DNA of 61,533 bases, the filler included. It is 9 parts of 9 records of this genome, joined end to end, with 100 filler letters (N's around TTAATTAATTAA, not from the genome) between each part and the next. Parts side by side here need not be neighbours in the genome. Positions count along the whole stretch, not along the records: positions 1 to 15,217 come from SRR7504441_1131; 8 more parts are not named here. The stretch is one strand, 5' to 3'. Below, piece by piece: positions 1 to 11,500 of the stretch (position 1 is its first letter; each line of letters starts with the position of its first letter). The notes below the pieces were generated by a model that was not told the DNA's origin, searched no databases, and was given only the letters and a program-made list of their open reading frames with translations. Made by a program: the position numbers and the translations under genes.

Positions 1-187
1 TACAACTGACTTGTATAATTACATTTTAGTACATAGTACCATTCTTCATCCCGATCCTCTCGCCGGCCAAAGCTCAAAGGTCCGAAGGTCGCGGCGGTCT
101 GCAAGAGTGTCATAGTGTATTTCTGAGTCATTCCGGGGGACGGGATGTGCACTTTCCTCCCGGTCGTTGATCATGGCAGTCGCAGTC

Positions 188-1483
188 TCATTTGGTGATG
201 GTGACGTCGCTGCACGAGTTCCAAACCTGGGTCGACTCCTCGCAGTCCCACCGCCAGCCGAGCACCCAGTCGCCCGCTGGCAGGTCGGCCGGCAGCCGCA
301 GTGTGTCCACAACATCAACCTTGTACAGGTCTCCGTCGCCACTCCCAGAGCACTTGCACGGCCAAGTTCCCTCGGAGCGGTCATGCCCCGCCGGAGTGGG
401 CGGGCGCACATGCGCGTTGCGGCAGGCGGCCGGTTCATCGCATACTGGGTTGTAGCTCGAGCCCCAGTTGTACCATTCCCACGGCCCGCGCGGGAACGGT
501 CCACGGCGCCAGGTGGAGCCTTCGGGCATCGTGCCGACAGAGACGTCCGTGGCGTTGAACACGAGCTCTTGCCCGCCCTTGCCACCCCAGCGGAGCATGC
601 TCAAGCCGTCGGCGAACGGGACGGGGGTCTTCTGGAAGCACTGCTCACTGAGCTCCTGATCGGCAGGGCAGAGGCGGTACTGGTAGCCACCGCCATGCCA
701 GGCTTTTTGGACCCAGGAGACCCCCACCTCGTCGCCAGCGCGCCAGACCACGCCGGATGGACGGGCCGGCAGCTTGCTGCCCAGGTCGCCGCGCTTGGCG
801 TGGACGGTAGGCTGGTAATCGCCGCCTGCAGCTGCCGGGCCTTGGCCAGGGAGGACCCCACCAGCCAGACCGCACGCATCGGTCACCGGGGCCGAGCCCG
901 GGGCGCGCCATGGTGCAAACTGGAAGAAGTCGGTCTCACTGTGGCAGGGCGCGTCGATGTTGAGGGTGCGCAGCTCCCGGGCGCAGATCGTAGCATTGCG
1001 CTTGGGCACCTTGCAGATGGACAGCCGGCTGGAGCTTGGGTCGTCCGGGCGGGCGGCATGGTCGATCGGGTTGGGGCGCTTGGGGTCCGGCTGGATCCCG
1101 CGGGTAGGGTCCTCCCAGTCGGGAGCGTTCCCCTGGCCGGTCCAGATGAACTTGGGGTGCACCACTTGGCCGGTCCGGCCGTCGCACTCATCGCACGAGA
1201 TGTCTGCCCCACAGCCGGTCAGCGGACACACCGGGCGGGTCTTACCGCAACCGTTGTTGAACCAGAAGCAGGCTTGCCCGTTGTTGCCCGATACGTTGCG
1301 CGGGTCGGCAGACGCTGAGTCCGGGATGGCGCACCAGAACATGAACGGGATGGCCCCGGGGACGGAACCGTTCCAGGGGGCCACGGAGGCGTCGATGGCC
1401 TGCCGTGGTGGAGGCCAGGACACCGAACCGTGCGACATCGCGGCGGGGATGGCCAGCGCCAAGCACAGCCAGGTGAATGCCAT
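188..1483 (-). CDS. Secreted LPMO-like His-brace copper protein (one 42-nt intron, 1204-1245)
   Basis: Signal peptide MAFTWLCLALAIPAAMS is followed directly by His (HGSVSWPPPR). The second His lies in WHGGGYQYRLCP and the C-terminus reads WRWDCEESTQVWNSCSDV. An in-frame GTAAGA...CTGAC...CAG intron sits inside the ORF. Confidence 0.8.
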   Translation of the reverse strand: MAFTWLCLALAIPAAMSHGSVSWPPPRQAIDASVAPWNGSVPGAIPFMFWCAIPDSASADPRNVSGNNGQACFWFNNGCGKTRPVCPLTGCGADISCDECDGRTGQVVHPKFIWTGQGNAPDWEDPTRGIQPDPKRPNPIDHAARPDDPSSSRLSICKVPKRNATICARELRTLNIDAPCHSETDFFQFAPWRAPGSAPVTDACGLAGGVLPGQGPAAAGGDYQPTVHAKRGDLGSKLPARPSGVVWRAGDEVGVSWVQKAWHGGGYQYRLCPADQELSEQCFQKTPVPFADGLSMLRWGGKGGQELVFNATDVSVGTMPEGSTWRRGPFPRGPWEWYNWGSSYNPVCDEPAACRNAHVRPPTPAGHDRSEGTWPCKCSGSGDGDLYKVDVVDTLRLPADLPAGDWVLGWRWDCEESTQVWNSCSDVTITK

Positions 1484-1730
1484 TCTTTGATTGTGGATCA
1501 GGACGTCCGTTCCACATCACCGGCCTAGAAGGAGCCGGTCAGCATGGGTCAGCATGCGCGGCATGCGTTTTTGAAGAAGATAAATCTTCATCTACTTTAT
1601 TTCGAGGAAATAGATCCACATGTACAGGGATCAGTACTAATGTCTCAGTTGACCGGCATAATTAAGCCAAATACTGGTAACTGTAATGACCGGATCAAGA
1701 TCGAATTTTGGTACAATCGTGAGAGTGAGC

Positions 1731-2990
1731 TCAGCCCTTGCCCTCGAGCGCATCGAAATAACTCATAACGATCAGCACGCTGAACACGGCTATCTCCACT
1801 ATAATCAGCAGCACACTCGCCAACCTGAACTTGACTGCAAGCAGCCCCTGGACTGCCTCCAGCCCGGCTTCCCCGCCGCTCTGCACAACATCCGGCACCT
1901 CCGTGTTGAGCGCGCCCTCGACTGCCTCGATCCCCTGATTCAGCCGGCTCATGGCCACGTCTGAGGTCTGCTGGATTGTCTCAGCGTAGAGTTCGTCACC
2001 CCGGCCGCTTGCCCAGTCCACATAGGCAATTCTCCCAAGCCTGTGGAGCCGGGCCGCCATCAGAATCGAAGTCCAGGCCGAGTAGGCCGGTTCCAGGCTC
2101 ATCTGGAGCCCCCAGCAGAGCAGCACCACCCCGGCGTCCAGTCCGAGCCTCGGCTTGGTACACAGCTCACCCAGACCAATAAAATAACAATGCAGCAGCG
2201 TATCAACCAGGAAAAGCCAGTAAATGTCCGACCGCACCTGGTAGAGCGCCTCGGCGGCCGATGGCTCGTCCAGCCAGGTCTCCCACAGCGAGTCCGGCCC
2301 GAACTCAAGCAAAACAAACGCTACGAACATCCCGGAGACTATCAGCGTCAGCCCGACTACGTACACATGCACCAGTGGGTGGTCCAAGTAGAAGCGGACT
2401 CTCTGCAAGTACCAACCGGGCCGGTGGTTGAGGTCCTGGAAGTACTCCCAGTAGGTGCCGGCGTTGTACAGCGCGTACGGGATCCGGAGGCAGATGAGCA
2501 GTCCTACCCAGTCGCACGCGCCACCCAGCCAGCACTGGGCCAACTCGAAGTAGAGAAGCACTCCAATAACACCACAGTAGAGCACGTACGAGAGCATGGT
2601 GAACAGCCGGATCCCGTACACCATCAACAAGCAGAGCACGTCTATCACTAGAACAGACAATATGAACCGCGAGCCACCCTGCAGCGCGTGCGAGAGCAGC
2701 TCGAGCTTTGCGGGCGGCCCGAACAGCCTGTACCCAATCATGGCCTCCAGCGTGATGAAGAGCGCGTCGAGCGTGATGAGCAACGACATGACCAGTTTGA
2801 AGAGTGGGGCCTCGACCAGCTCGGCCAGCTCGGCCCGCAGGTTGGCCAGCGTGACCCCCGTGTTCCGGATGGCCGAGAAGTCGCTCTCGGCCATCATCTT
2901 CTCCGGGTCCAGCTCGATCAGCGGCTCGGTCCGATCCAGCCGCGAGAGCATCCGCTCCTCCATCGGGCTCGGCTCTGTAGAGCGAGCCAT
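1731..2990 (-). CDS. Membrane protein with two tandem Hv1-like voltage-sensor (S1-S4) domains and a C-terminal TM helix
   Basis: LLITLDALFITLE resembles Hv1 S1 (LVVLDALLVLAE), and GLLICLR resembles the start of S4. The second repeat has LDAGVV (S3) and ARLHRLGR (S4). ATG at 2990. Confidence 0.7.
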   Translation of the reverse strand: MARSTEPSPMEERMLSRLDRTEPLIELDPEKMMAESDFSAIRNTGVTLANLRAELAELVEAPLFKLVMSLLITLDALFITLEAMIGYRLFGPPAKLELLSHALQGGSRFILSVLVIDVLCLLMVYGIRLFTMLSYVLYCGVIGVLLYFELAQCWLGGACDWVGLLICLRIPYALYNAGTYWEYFQDLNHRPGWYLQRVRFYLDHPLVHVYVVGLTLIVSGMFVAFVLLEFGPDSLWETWLDEPSAAEALYQVRSDIYWLFLVDTLLHCYFIGLGELCTKPRLGLDAGVVLLCWGLQMSLEPAYSAWTSILMAARLHRLGRIAYVDWASGRGDELYAETIQQTSDVAMSRLNQGIEAVEGALNTEVPDVVQSGGEAGLEAVQGLLAVKFRLASVLLIIVEIAVFSVLIVMSYFDALEGKG

Positions 2991-3080
2991 GGCCCCACCA
3001 ACCGACACGATTCAACAGGCCGGCTCCAACGTAAAAAAACCGACAAAAACGGTCACCGGTGGCGCCACCTGCAAGCAAAG

Positions 3081-3979
3081 ATGCCGATGGATGCTGAGAC
3101 GAAGGCGCGGCTGGCGGCCGAGCGGCAGGCCGCGCGCGAAGAGGTAGCAAAGCGCCGGGCCGCGGAGGCCAACGCTGCCCCCCCGCCGTCGGCGCCCAAA
3201 CCGCGCACGCGCTCCGAGTCGCAGACGGCTCTGGACCAAGACATCGAGAGGGTCGAGGCCTCCCCGCGCTCCAGGGGGGCCGTGGCCGCCTCCAAGCCCA
3301 AGGGCGCCGACCCCGGACCGGACGGAATCCCCGGCAATCCGCTCACGCGCAACCCGGACCGGAAAGTCCTCGACTGCGGGTTCGCGCAAAACGATCGTGT
3401 GGCGCACGCCAAGCGCGGGCCCGGGCTGGTCCTCGGGTTCAGCGGGGACATGGTGATGGTCCAGTTCGACTCGGAGCCAAACGGGAAGCACAACTATAAG
3501 CACGACAAGGCCCGGCGCTGCCTGAGCTTCTCGGACGCCCCATTCTCGGGCCAGAAGCCGGCTCCGGCCGCCAAGTCCAAGGCCTCCGACAGCTTCGGGG
3601 CCCGCCCGGCGAACCGGAGCGCGCGCTACGAGGAGGAGGAAGAGGAGGAGGAGAGCTCGCCCTCGCCTATCCGGGCCAAGCCCGTGAGCAAGCCGAGCAA
3701 ACCTGTCAGCCTGCCCTCTGCTAGCACCCTCAATGACGAGGAGCGCGAAGAGACCGACAGGTGTGCCGGTCGACCGGGCGCCGGCTGAGCTGGTTGGGCA
3801 GCGGTTTCGCCCAGGGGGATCGGGTGAAGCACACTAAGCGCGGACTCGGGAGGTGCATCGGATTCTTTGGAGAATTTGTGTTGATTCAGTTTGATGACGA
3901 ACCGCACGGCCGGCACAAGTATACTCATGAACAAGCCCGGAAGAAGGTCTCGATCATCGGCTGGGAGAAGCAGGCCTAA
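3081..3979 (+). CDS. Protein with two Tudor/SH3-like beta-barrel repeats (intron 3761-3801)
   Basis: Removing the 41-nt GT-AG intron restores a second repeat, GFAQGDRVKHTKRGLG, matching the first, GFAQNDRVAHAKRGPG. The spliced CDS is 858 nt. Confidence 0.7.
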
Positions 3980-4148
3980 GCGCCGGCTGGCTGCCCGTGT
4001 ACACTAGACACTGTGATTAACGAGGTAACAGACCACGGTCCCGCGTGGCAACCACTCTCAATCTCTCTCAATCAATTCGATTTACAAGTGAAAACATGCT
4101 GCATGACATTGTATTAAAAAGCCCTACTCGTACATGGGTTAGCACGTG

Positions 4149-6771
4149 TCACGTAGATTTTCTCACATGCGCTATCACCGCGAGTTCTATTCTCTCGAGT
4201 GCCTCAACTAACATCGCGCGAGGGCAAGCCACATTGATCCTCTGATAGTGAGCTGTTGGTGCACCACCAAATGACCATCCGTCACTGAGCTTGACCCTAG
4301 CTTTCTCGAGCATGAAAACACACAACTCCGATTTCTCGCCGCCACAGGTAGCATCCAGCCCTAGACCAGCACAATTGAGGAAGACAAGGAAGGACGCTTG
4401 AGGCCGAACCACTCTGATCTCGGGCAGCCGCTCCTTGCAGAATGCCTCAGTGAACTGAATCTGGCTCTCAAAGTAACGGCACACCCGATCTCGCCACTCC
4501 CTGCCGTTCTGATAGGCGGCGACCATCCCGACAGTGGCAAAAGTGCTCCCAAAGTGCGCGTACGTATGCTCGACCACTGACAAGTACTTCTTCCGGTGGA
4601 CTGGGTTCTGTAACACCACGAACCCACTATGAAGTCCGGCCAAGTTCCAAGTCTTCCCCGGCGAGGAGGCCGTCATTAGATCGTCGTACTCGACTTGCTG
4701 GCATACCAGCGCCATCGGGACATGTCGCTGGCCCCACAGTGTCAGATCTGAATGGATCTCGTCGGCGATGATAAAAACTCCGAGCTCCTTACACAGCGAA
4801 GCCACTGCGAGCAGTTCGGCTCGAGTCCACACTCGGCCGTACGGGTTATGAGGAGAGCACCAAATCAGCGCCTTTACGTGTTCGGCTACGAGCGCAGCCC
4901 GGAGGTTTGTCATATCGAGCGCCATTTGACTGTCTGGGCTGTCAGGAGCAGCAGCAGCTACGATCAGCCGCCGACCGGAGCCGGTTATTGCTTGCTGCAG
5001 CGGAGTGTAGAGAGGTGATATCAGCGCAATTGCGTCGCCGGGCTGTGTGAAGGCGTGCAGTCCGTTGACTGTGGCTGAGACAAGATTGCCAGTGAAAACA
5101 AACTCATCCGCACCGACCCGCCATCCGTGCTCCTCCTCCAGCCACCGCGCCACCGCCGCCCAGAGCTCGGTCGGCTGGATTGTGTAACCAAAGCACGGGT
5201 GGGTGGCCCGCGCTTGGATTGCACTGAGCACGGCCTGGCAGACTGGGAGGTCCATATCTGCTACCCACATGGGCAGCACTCCGGCTGGACAGAGGTTGTA
5301 CTTGACACAGTACGAGTCAGTTCGGTCGATTGTCTGTTGGAATTCGGAAAACTGGTCGGGGCGGGCGCTCGCCCCTCGAGCCGCCCGCCCTGCACGCACC
5401 ACAGCGAGCGCAGCCTCGGCCTCTTCGCGGGCAGCAGCCGCCGTTCGCCTGGCTGCGGCCATCGCGGACTGCGGGCCCTCGTTGGGCTCAAGCGGCTGCT
5501 CGGCTGCGCTTGTTGGCTGCTTTAGTCCTGCCAGCTCGACCTCCAGCTTAGCCACCACCGCTTGCAGCCTGGACTGCTCGGCCTGGCTCTCGGCCAGCTG
5601 TGCCTCTAGCACAGCCGTCACCGATTCCGACCTCAACTGCTCCTCAGCGGGACCACCCTCAGTTGTGCCTGCAGCGACCGGTCGGTCTACGGAAGCCTCA
5701 GCGGCCGCTGCAGGCTCAGGCATCGGTTCCGGCTCCTCGGCGGCAGCGGCTGTAGCTGATCGTTCAATAAGAATATAAGGGTCCTCCGAGGTGGTCTCCC
5801 TCTCAGTTGCGCTTGCTGATACCAACTCGGTCTGATTCTCAGCCGCCGCCTGGGCTGTCACAGCCGCTGGCCTCGTCTCCTCTTGCAGCAGCGCTTGGCC
5901 TGACCCACCGTGGTTAGCGCGAGCCTGCCGTGTGTGAGGTGCCTTCTGGTCCGATTAGCTTGATGCAGGCAGCTCGCAGCTTCTTAAACCATGCGCGTGT
6001 CCGCTTGGGCACCTCGCCTTTGGCAAAGCTGCGCATGAATGCGTTGAGCTTGGAATCTACGTGGTTGATTGTGGTGATGGTGCACCCCTCGGCCGTGGCG
6101 CGTACCAGAGTGCAGCTCGTCATGATCACCCCGCTGCACCCAACCCTCACAGCACAGCCCAGCCGGGGCCGCCACACCGCTTGGGCCCCTTCTTCACCGG
6201 CGCAGGCGCTTGGGGCAGCCCGCTGCCGTCGACGTACACGGTGGCTTCGTACCCGTCGCCTCGTGAAATCCGGCTCGCATCCACGAAATCCCGGTCGTCT
6301 ATCGGCCCGGAGCCCTGGTATCACTCAACCCGAGGAGGGAGCAGGGAGGACAGGCCTTGTATAGCGTGCGGGTCACTGCAGTCGCCTCGTCGATCGGCTC
6401 CAGACTGCAGTACACTACCTCCTTGTCCCACCTGCCAGCTCCCTGCAGGCCCGGCAGCAGCCGGCGCACTCTCGCCGCACGTCCAGCTGGAGGGCCTGAG
6501 CAACCGTCTCGAGCCCAATATCGGTGAAGCTAGTCTTGGCTCGGATCTGGCCGAGCGCCTGGGCACACTGGCTGCGGCCGGCGCACCATCGGGTCCTTGC
6601 TGCCCGGCACTGCCCGGCTCTCGATCTGGAGCTCCTTGAACTTGGATTTGACCGGCTTCCAGCCGTCTGACTGGTCGGCTTCGAGAGACCATAGCCGTTC
6701 GAACGCCTGCCGCCCTCTGTTCGCCCCACCTGCTCGGCCCGCACCTCCGCAAACCGGGCTTCGATATCCAT
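4149..6771 (-). CDS. START lipid-binding domain fused to a MalY/PatB-type PLP-dependent C-S lyase/aminotransferase (about 792 aa, 6 introns)
   Basis: Introns at 6707-6744, 6547-6586, 6432-6469, 6315-6355 (GC-AG), 6134-6177 and 5900-5942 (GC-AG) give DGWKPV, RREWDK and DDRDFVD (START). The last exon has PMWVADMD, SPHNPYG, ADEIHSD and SPGKTWNLAG (PLP lysine). The spliced length, 2379 nt, is a multiple of 3. Confidence 0.8.
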
Positions 6772-6987
6772 TGACCGTGCCGTTAGGCCCGCCTTTGCAA
6801 GTGGGGGGGTCAAAGTGAGGGTAAGGCTGCAGCCTAATGGGGTACGTAGATCTCGGCCCCTTTTTTTATTACGCTCATGTAACGTGCATGGCCTTTTCCC
6901 GTAATACATGTGTTTGAACATATTTCATGTACCTAATCACTACCTAATCACACTTCACACAGTCCGCAGTGCCGCTTGTGTTCACGA

Positions 6988-8496
6988 TTAGTCTGCCTTG
7001 CTGCTGATCTTGGTGCCGTTCTTGAGCTTGGGCGTCTCGAACTCGCTCACAGTGCAACCAGTTGCCACAAGCCTCTCGAGCAGCGGCCTGCCCAGCCCAC
7101 ACGCAGGCGTCCACACCCCGCCCTTGGACGTCTTCGACTGAGCCTCTGCAAGCAGCAGCCCCGATTCAATGAGCATCCTGGCCGTATCCACGTAGCCGGG
7201 GTCCGTTGGGAAGAAGATGCTGGCCTGGCCACGAGCCCCGCCACAGCCCCGACCAAACGCCGTGACCTTGAGGAAGCCCTTGGCCATTGAAGCCGCCGAC
7301 GGCCCTTGGCCAGGCGAAGGCAGGGTCTTGCGCAGCACGTACTTGAGCGGTGGCAGTGCCATCGCAGTGCCAAAGTAAAGCATTGAGATAAGGTCAACCA
7401 GCCCGGCCTTGAACGAAGGGTACACCTTGGCCTCGTGGTAGCTGAACGGTGCGCCCGAATACCCGAGCACGGCACCCGACCGGCGGACGGCGTTGATGTT
7501 GCAGAGTGCCATGACGAATGGGCCGCACCAAGCCCCGAACTCGGACGAGTACGAGAGGAACTTGGCCAATTGATCGCGCACCGACACGCCCTTGCTCCCA
7601 TCGACGGTCTTGAGCAGTGGGTCGAACCCGAGTGCCGCCCGGTGCTGGACTGGCCTCTCCAGGCTTGCGAACAGGGTCTCGATTGTGCCTCCGGAGGGGG
7701 CGGACCGGATCTCATCGTAGCAAGAGATCGACGAGAGCTCGTCTCCGTTGGCCTTGAGCCCGTCGGCGAGCATCATGGTGATCAGATCCCACGGGATGCA
7801 GTCGTGCCCGCAGCAGTGCACTATCCGGGCCCCGGTGCTCCGGGCGGTATCGTCATGCATGTCTATCATCTGGCGGACCCACGCGATCTCTCCTGTGATG
7901 TCTGCGTAGTGGGTGCCGTTGGTCGCGCACACCGCCACGAGCATGCTGCCATACCGCGCGAACGGCCCGACGGTGGACGCCACCGCCTTGGTGCTCCTCG
8001 CCAGCTCGGTCAGTTCGGCCTCGGAGTCGGCGTTGGCCTTGATCAGCGGCAGCTCGGCCAGGGCAGGGTCAATCTGGCAGAGCTCCTCCCGTACGGCCTC
8101 CAGCTTGCTCACGGAGCGGCCGGCGATCGCCCACTGCACCGAGTTACCGTACTGCCGGGCCATATACTTTGCCGCTAGGCCTCCGGTGAACCCCGTAGCG
8201 CCGAGGAGGACCAGATCGTACTTGCGGGCGGCCGGCGGCGGGACAGGCTCAGCCGGGATAGCGCTGGTGGGCGCGGGGGGCATCCGTGCCGGCTTGGAAG
8301 GCGCGACCAGCCGGACCAGCCGAGCCAGAACGGTCCAACAGATTGCGAAAGGAAGGAGGACCACCAGCCAGATGGCCAGCGCCACCAGCGAGATCGCCAG
8401 GCGCGAGAGCCCACCGTCGCCGGGCAGCCGGCATCCGTCCGGCAGCGGCTCGCCGGGGGCCACTTGGGGCGCCGCTTTGGTCTCGTCTCCGCTCAT
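6988..8496 (-). CDS. SCCPDH: Saccharopine dehydrogenase-like oxidoreductase with N-terminal TM segment
   Basis: GATGFTG Rossmann motif, IAGR, VGPFARYG, YADITGE, CGHDCIPWD, SGGT and DPGYVDTARML. The likely ATG is at 8496. Confidence 0.85.
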   Translation of the reverse strand: MSGDETKAAPQVAPGEPLPDGCRLPGDGGLSRLAISLVALAIWLVVLLPFAICWTVLARLVRLVAPSKPARMPPAPTSAIPAEPVPPPAARKYDLVLLGATGFTGGLAAKYMARQYGNSVQWAIAGRSVSKLEAVREELCQIDPALAELPLIKANADSEAELTELARSTKAVASTVGPFARYGSMLVAVCATNGTHYADITGEIAWVRQMIDMHDDTARSTGARIVHCCGHDCIPWDLITMMLADGLKANGDELSSISCYDEIRSAPSGGTIETLFASLERPVQHRAALGFDPLLKTVDGSKGVSVRDQLAKFLSYSSEFGAWCGPFVMALCNINAVRRSGAVLGYSGAPFSYHEAKVYPSFKAGLVDLISMLYFGTAMALPPLKYVLRKTLPSPGQGPSAASMAKGFLKVTAFGRGCGGARGQASIFFPTDPGYVDTARMLIESGLLLAEAQSKTSKGGVWTPACGLGRPLLERLVATGCTVSEFETPKLKNGTKISSKAD

Positions 8497-8593
8497 TGGT
8501 GGCGTGGGCGGGTCCTGAAGGAGGCCGGCCGGGTGTGCCTGGCGACCGTTATTCGATCGGGTTTCGACGCGACGCAACCGCACCGGGTCACAG

Positions 8594-11500
8594 ATGAGCC
8601 GCTCAGGGAGCGCGATGCGCAACCTGCAGGCGCGTTACTCGCCTCCGCGGACCCGGTCCCCCGAGCGGCCTCGCGAGCCTCTCCCGCCCCCGCCCCCCCG
8701 CCCGCCGCTGCTGCCAGCGGTCTCCGGGGCCCACCCGCCCCTGCCCGACGTGCTCCCTGCGGCCCCGGCGCCCGACCCGGAGGCCGAGGCCCAGCTGCAC
8801 GTGTTCCACTCGCAAGCCAACGCCGAGGAGGCCCAGCGCCGGATCGGGATGATGGAGTCCTGGTGGGCCGGCGGGCGGGGCCGGCTGAATGCTGGGGGCA
8901 GGCTGGAGGAGGAGCCCACCTACCTTCTCGGGTGCGACGTCGGGGGCAGCTTCACCGACTTCGTACTGATCGCCACCCGGAGCTCGCACATCGTGGCCCG
9001 GCACAAGCGGCCCACCACCACTGACCCGTCCGACGCCATCGACGCCGGGATCGCGGCTGTCTGTCAGCAGGCCGGGGTGCCGCGCAAGCAGATCCGAGCG
9101 GTGTTCCACGGGACCACTGTGGCCACCAACGCCATCCTGGAGCGGTCCGGCTGTCGCGTCGGGCTGGTAGTCACGCACGGCTACAGACAGGTGCCGCGCG
9201 CAGCCAAAGTGCGCACTCACTGGGCGGCAGATGCTTCACGTGGACAGGAGCGCCGTGCCTGAAGGGTTCGACTGGGAGCGCGGGTGCACGTACACCACCC
9301 GGGACCGGCTGCCGGCCGGGGCGGCCCCGCAGCGGTTTCAGACTTGGAACCAGCCGGAACTGCTCGCGCCTCTAGACTGCACTGTCGAGGCCAAGGAGCG
9401 TGTTGATACGTGGGGCAACACGCTAGCGGAGGTGGACGAGGAGCACCTGCGCGAGCAGCTGGTCCGGCTGGACGGCGAGGTGGACGTGCTGGTGGTGGCA
9501 CTGATGAATTCTTACGCCAACGGCGCAAACGAGCGACAAGTCGAAAGAGTGGCGGCCGAAGTGCTCCCAGGAGTGTCGATCGCGCTGTCCCACCAGGTGC
9601 TCCCGGAGCAGTGCGAGTACGAGCGCGCGGCCACCACGGTGGCTAACAGCTACATCCGGCCTGTGGTCGACGACTACCTGAACTTGATCGAGGAGCGTAA
9701 CCAGCTCGCTGGGTTTGATACCTCTATTCAGGTCCTCAGGGCAGACGGAGGTCTGGCCGGCCCGGACTCGGCCCGCGAGCTGCCTGTGAACCTGATCGCC
9801 GGCGGCCCAGCCGGCGGGCTGGTTGGAGCAGTCCAGCTTTGCGGTGTGGCTGGGCATAAGGATCTCATCACTCTGGACATGGGAGGCTGCTCCACTGAGG
9901 CCGGAGTGGTGGTCGGCGGCAAGCTCCCGATTCGACGGGAGATACGGGTGGCCGACCTGGTGGTGCGGGCCCCGGCGCTCGACGTGCACACAATCGGATC
10001 CGGGGGTGGCTCGATTGTCAAAGTGCCGCAGTTCAGCCGTGCACTGAGAGTTGGACCTGAGAGCGCCAACGCCAACCCGGGCCCGGCGTGCTATGGGCGC
10101 GGCGGGCAGCAGGCCACGCTGACCGACGCCAACTGCGTGCTGGGGCACCTGCCTGGCCGAGGGCTGCTCGGAGGCCAGCTGGAACTGGATAGGGAGGCGG
10201 CTCAGCTGGCGGTGCAGCACGTGGGTGAGGCGCTCGAGCTGGCTACTGCAGCGGCGGCCGAGGGCATCATCGATGTGGCCAACGAGGCCATCCTCGGGGC
10301 AATGCGCGTGATGCTAGTCCGGAAAGGGCTGGATTCACAAAAGTTCTCGCTCGTGCCGTTCGGAGGCGCTGGGCCTCTGCACGCCTGTGCGATCGGCAAG
10401 GCCCTCGGCTCGTGGCCAGTGCTAGTCCCGCCGAGCCCCGGGCTGATGGGCGCAATGGGCGCGCTAGCCAGCTCACTGCGGAGCGTCAAGGGCTGCACGG
10501 TGGGCAAGGCGCTCGAGGAGGTCACTCCAACCGAGCTGCGGACGGTGCTAGAGCTGCTGGCTGAGGACGCCAGGACCGACCTGGAGCGGGACGGCATCCC
10601 CTGGGAGACCCAGATTGTGAGCTATGAAGTGGACATGCGGTTCAAGGGCGAGGCGCTGGACATGGTGACCACAATTGAGGTCGACATCGAGTCGATGGCC
10701 GAGGCACGTAACCTGGAGCAACTCAAGGAGATCCTGGAGATGGAGCACCTGCGGGCATACACTTTCTCGCTCAGCGAGGGGCACGAGGTGGTCTCGGTGC
10801 GCAGCGTGGTGACAGGCCCGCCCCACTGGGTCAAGCTGCTAGAGATTGGGGCTGGCTTGCCTGAGCCACCTCTGGAGGCGCTCGTGGGCGTGCAGGAGCA
10901 ATACTATGGCGGCACACTGCACGAGGCAGCCGTCTGGGACAGGAGCCTGCTGCTGTGCGGTAACGAGCTCGAGGGCCCGGCGCTGGTGCTCGAGGACAAC
11001 TCAACCACGCTGATTCAGGTCGGCTGTGCGGCCCGAGTGGACAAGTACGGGCTTCTCGTGATTAGCCCGAGCCCAGGCGCGGTCCCACGGAATCCAATCG
11101 ACAGCAACGCCAGCCGAGTGGACCTGGAGGTGATCGAGCTCGCGCTGCGTGCTACCAAGCAGGAGATGGACGCGGTGGTGCTCAGGACGGCGATGAGTCC
11201 AGGGATTCGCGAGCAGCGCGAGCAGCACCCGGTGATCTCAGACCCGCTCGGGCACATGGTGATGGGCCAGTTTGGCTCGTTTATCCCTTCTTTCCTGCAG
11301 ACGTACACTCAGGAGGTGTATGACGGCGACGTGATCCTGCTCAACGACCCTTACACGTGCCGTGGGGCGACCTCGCACCTGAATAACTACCTGGTGCTCA
11401 CCCCGATTTACTTTGGCGGCGTGCTGGTCGGATGGGCCTCGATGTTTGGGCACATGACCGATGTGGGCGGGATGCAGCCCGGCTCTGTGCCCAACCAGGC

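Noticed and set aside
167-1318. Long antisense or alternative-frame ORFs (e.g. 167-1318, 31449-32438, 56945-58234) as overlapping genes
   Set aside because: These are shadows of GC-rich coding sequence with few stop codons and have no recognisable motifs.
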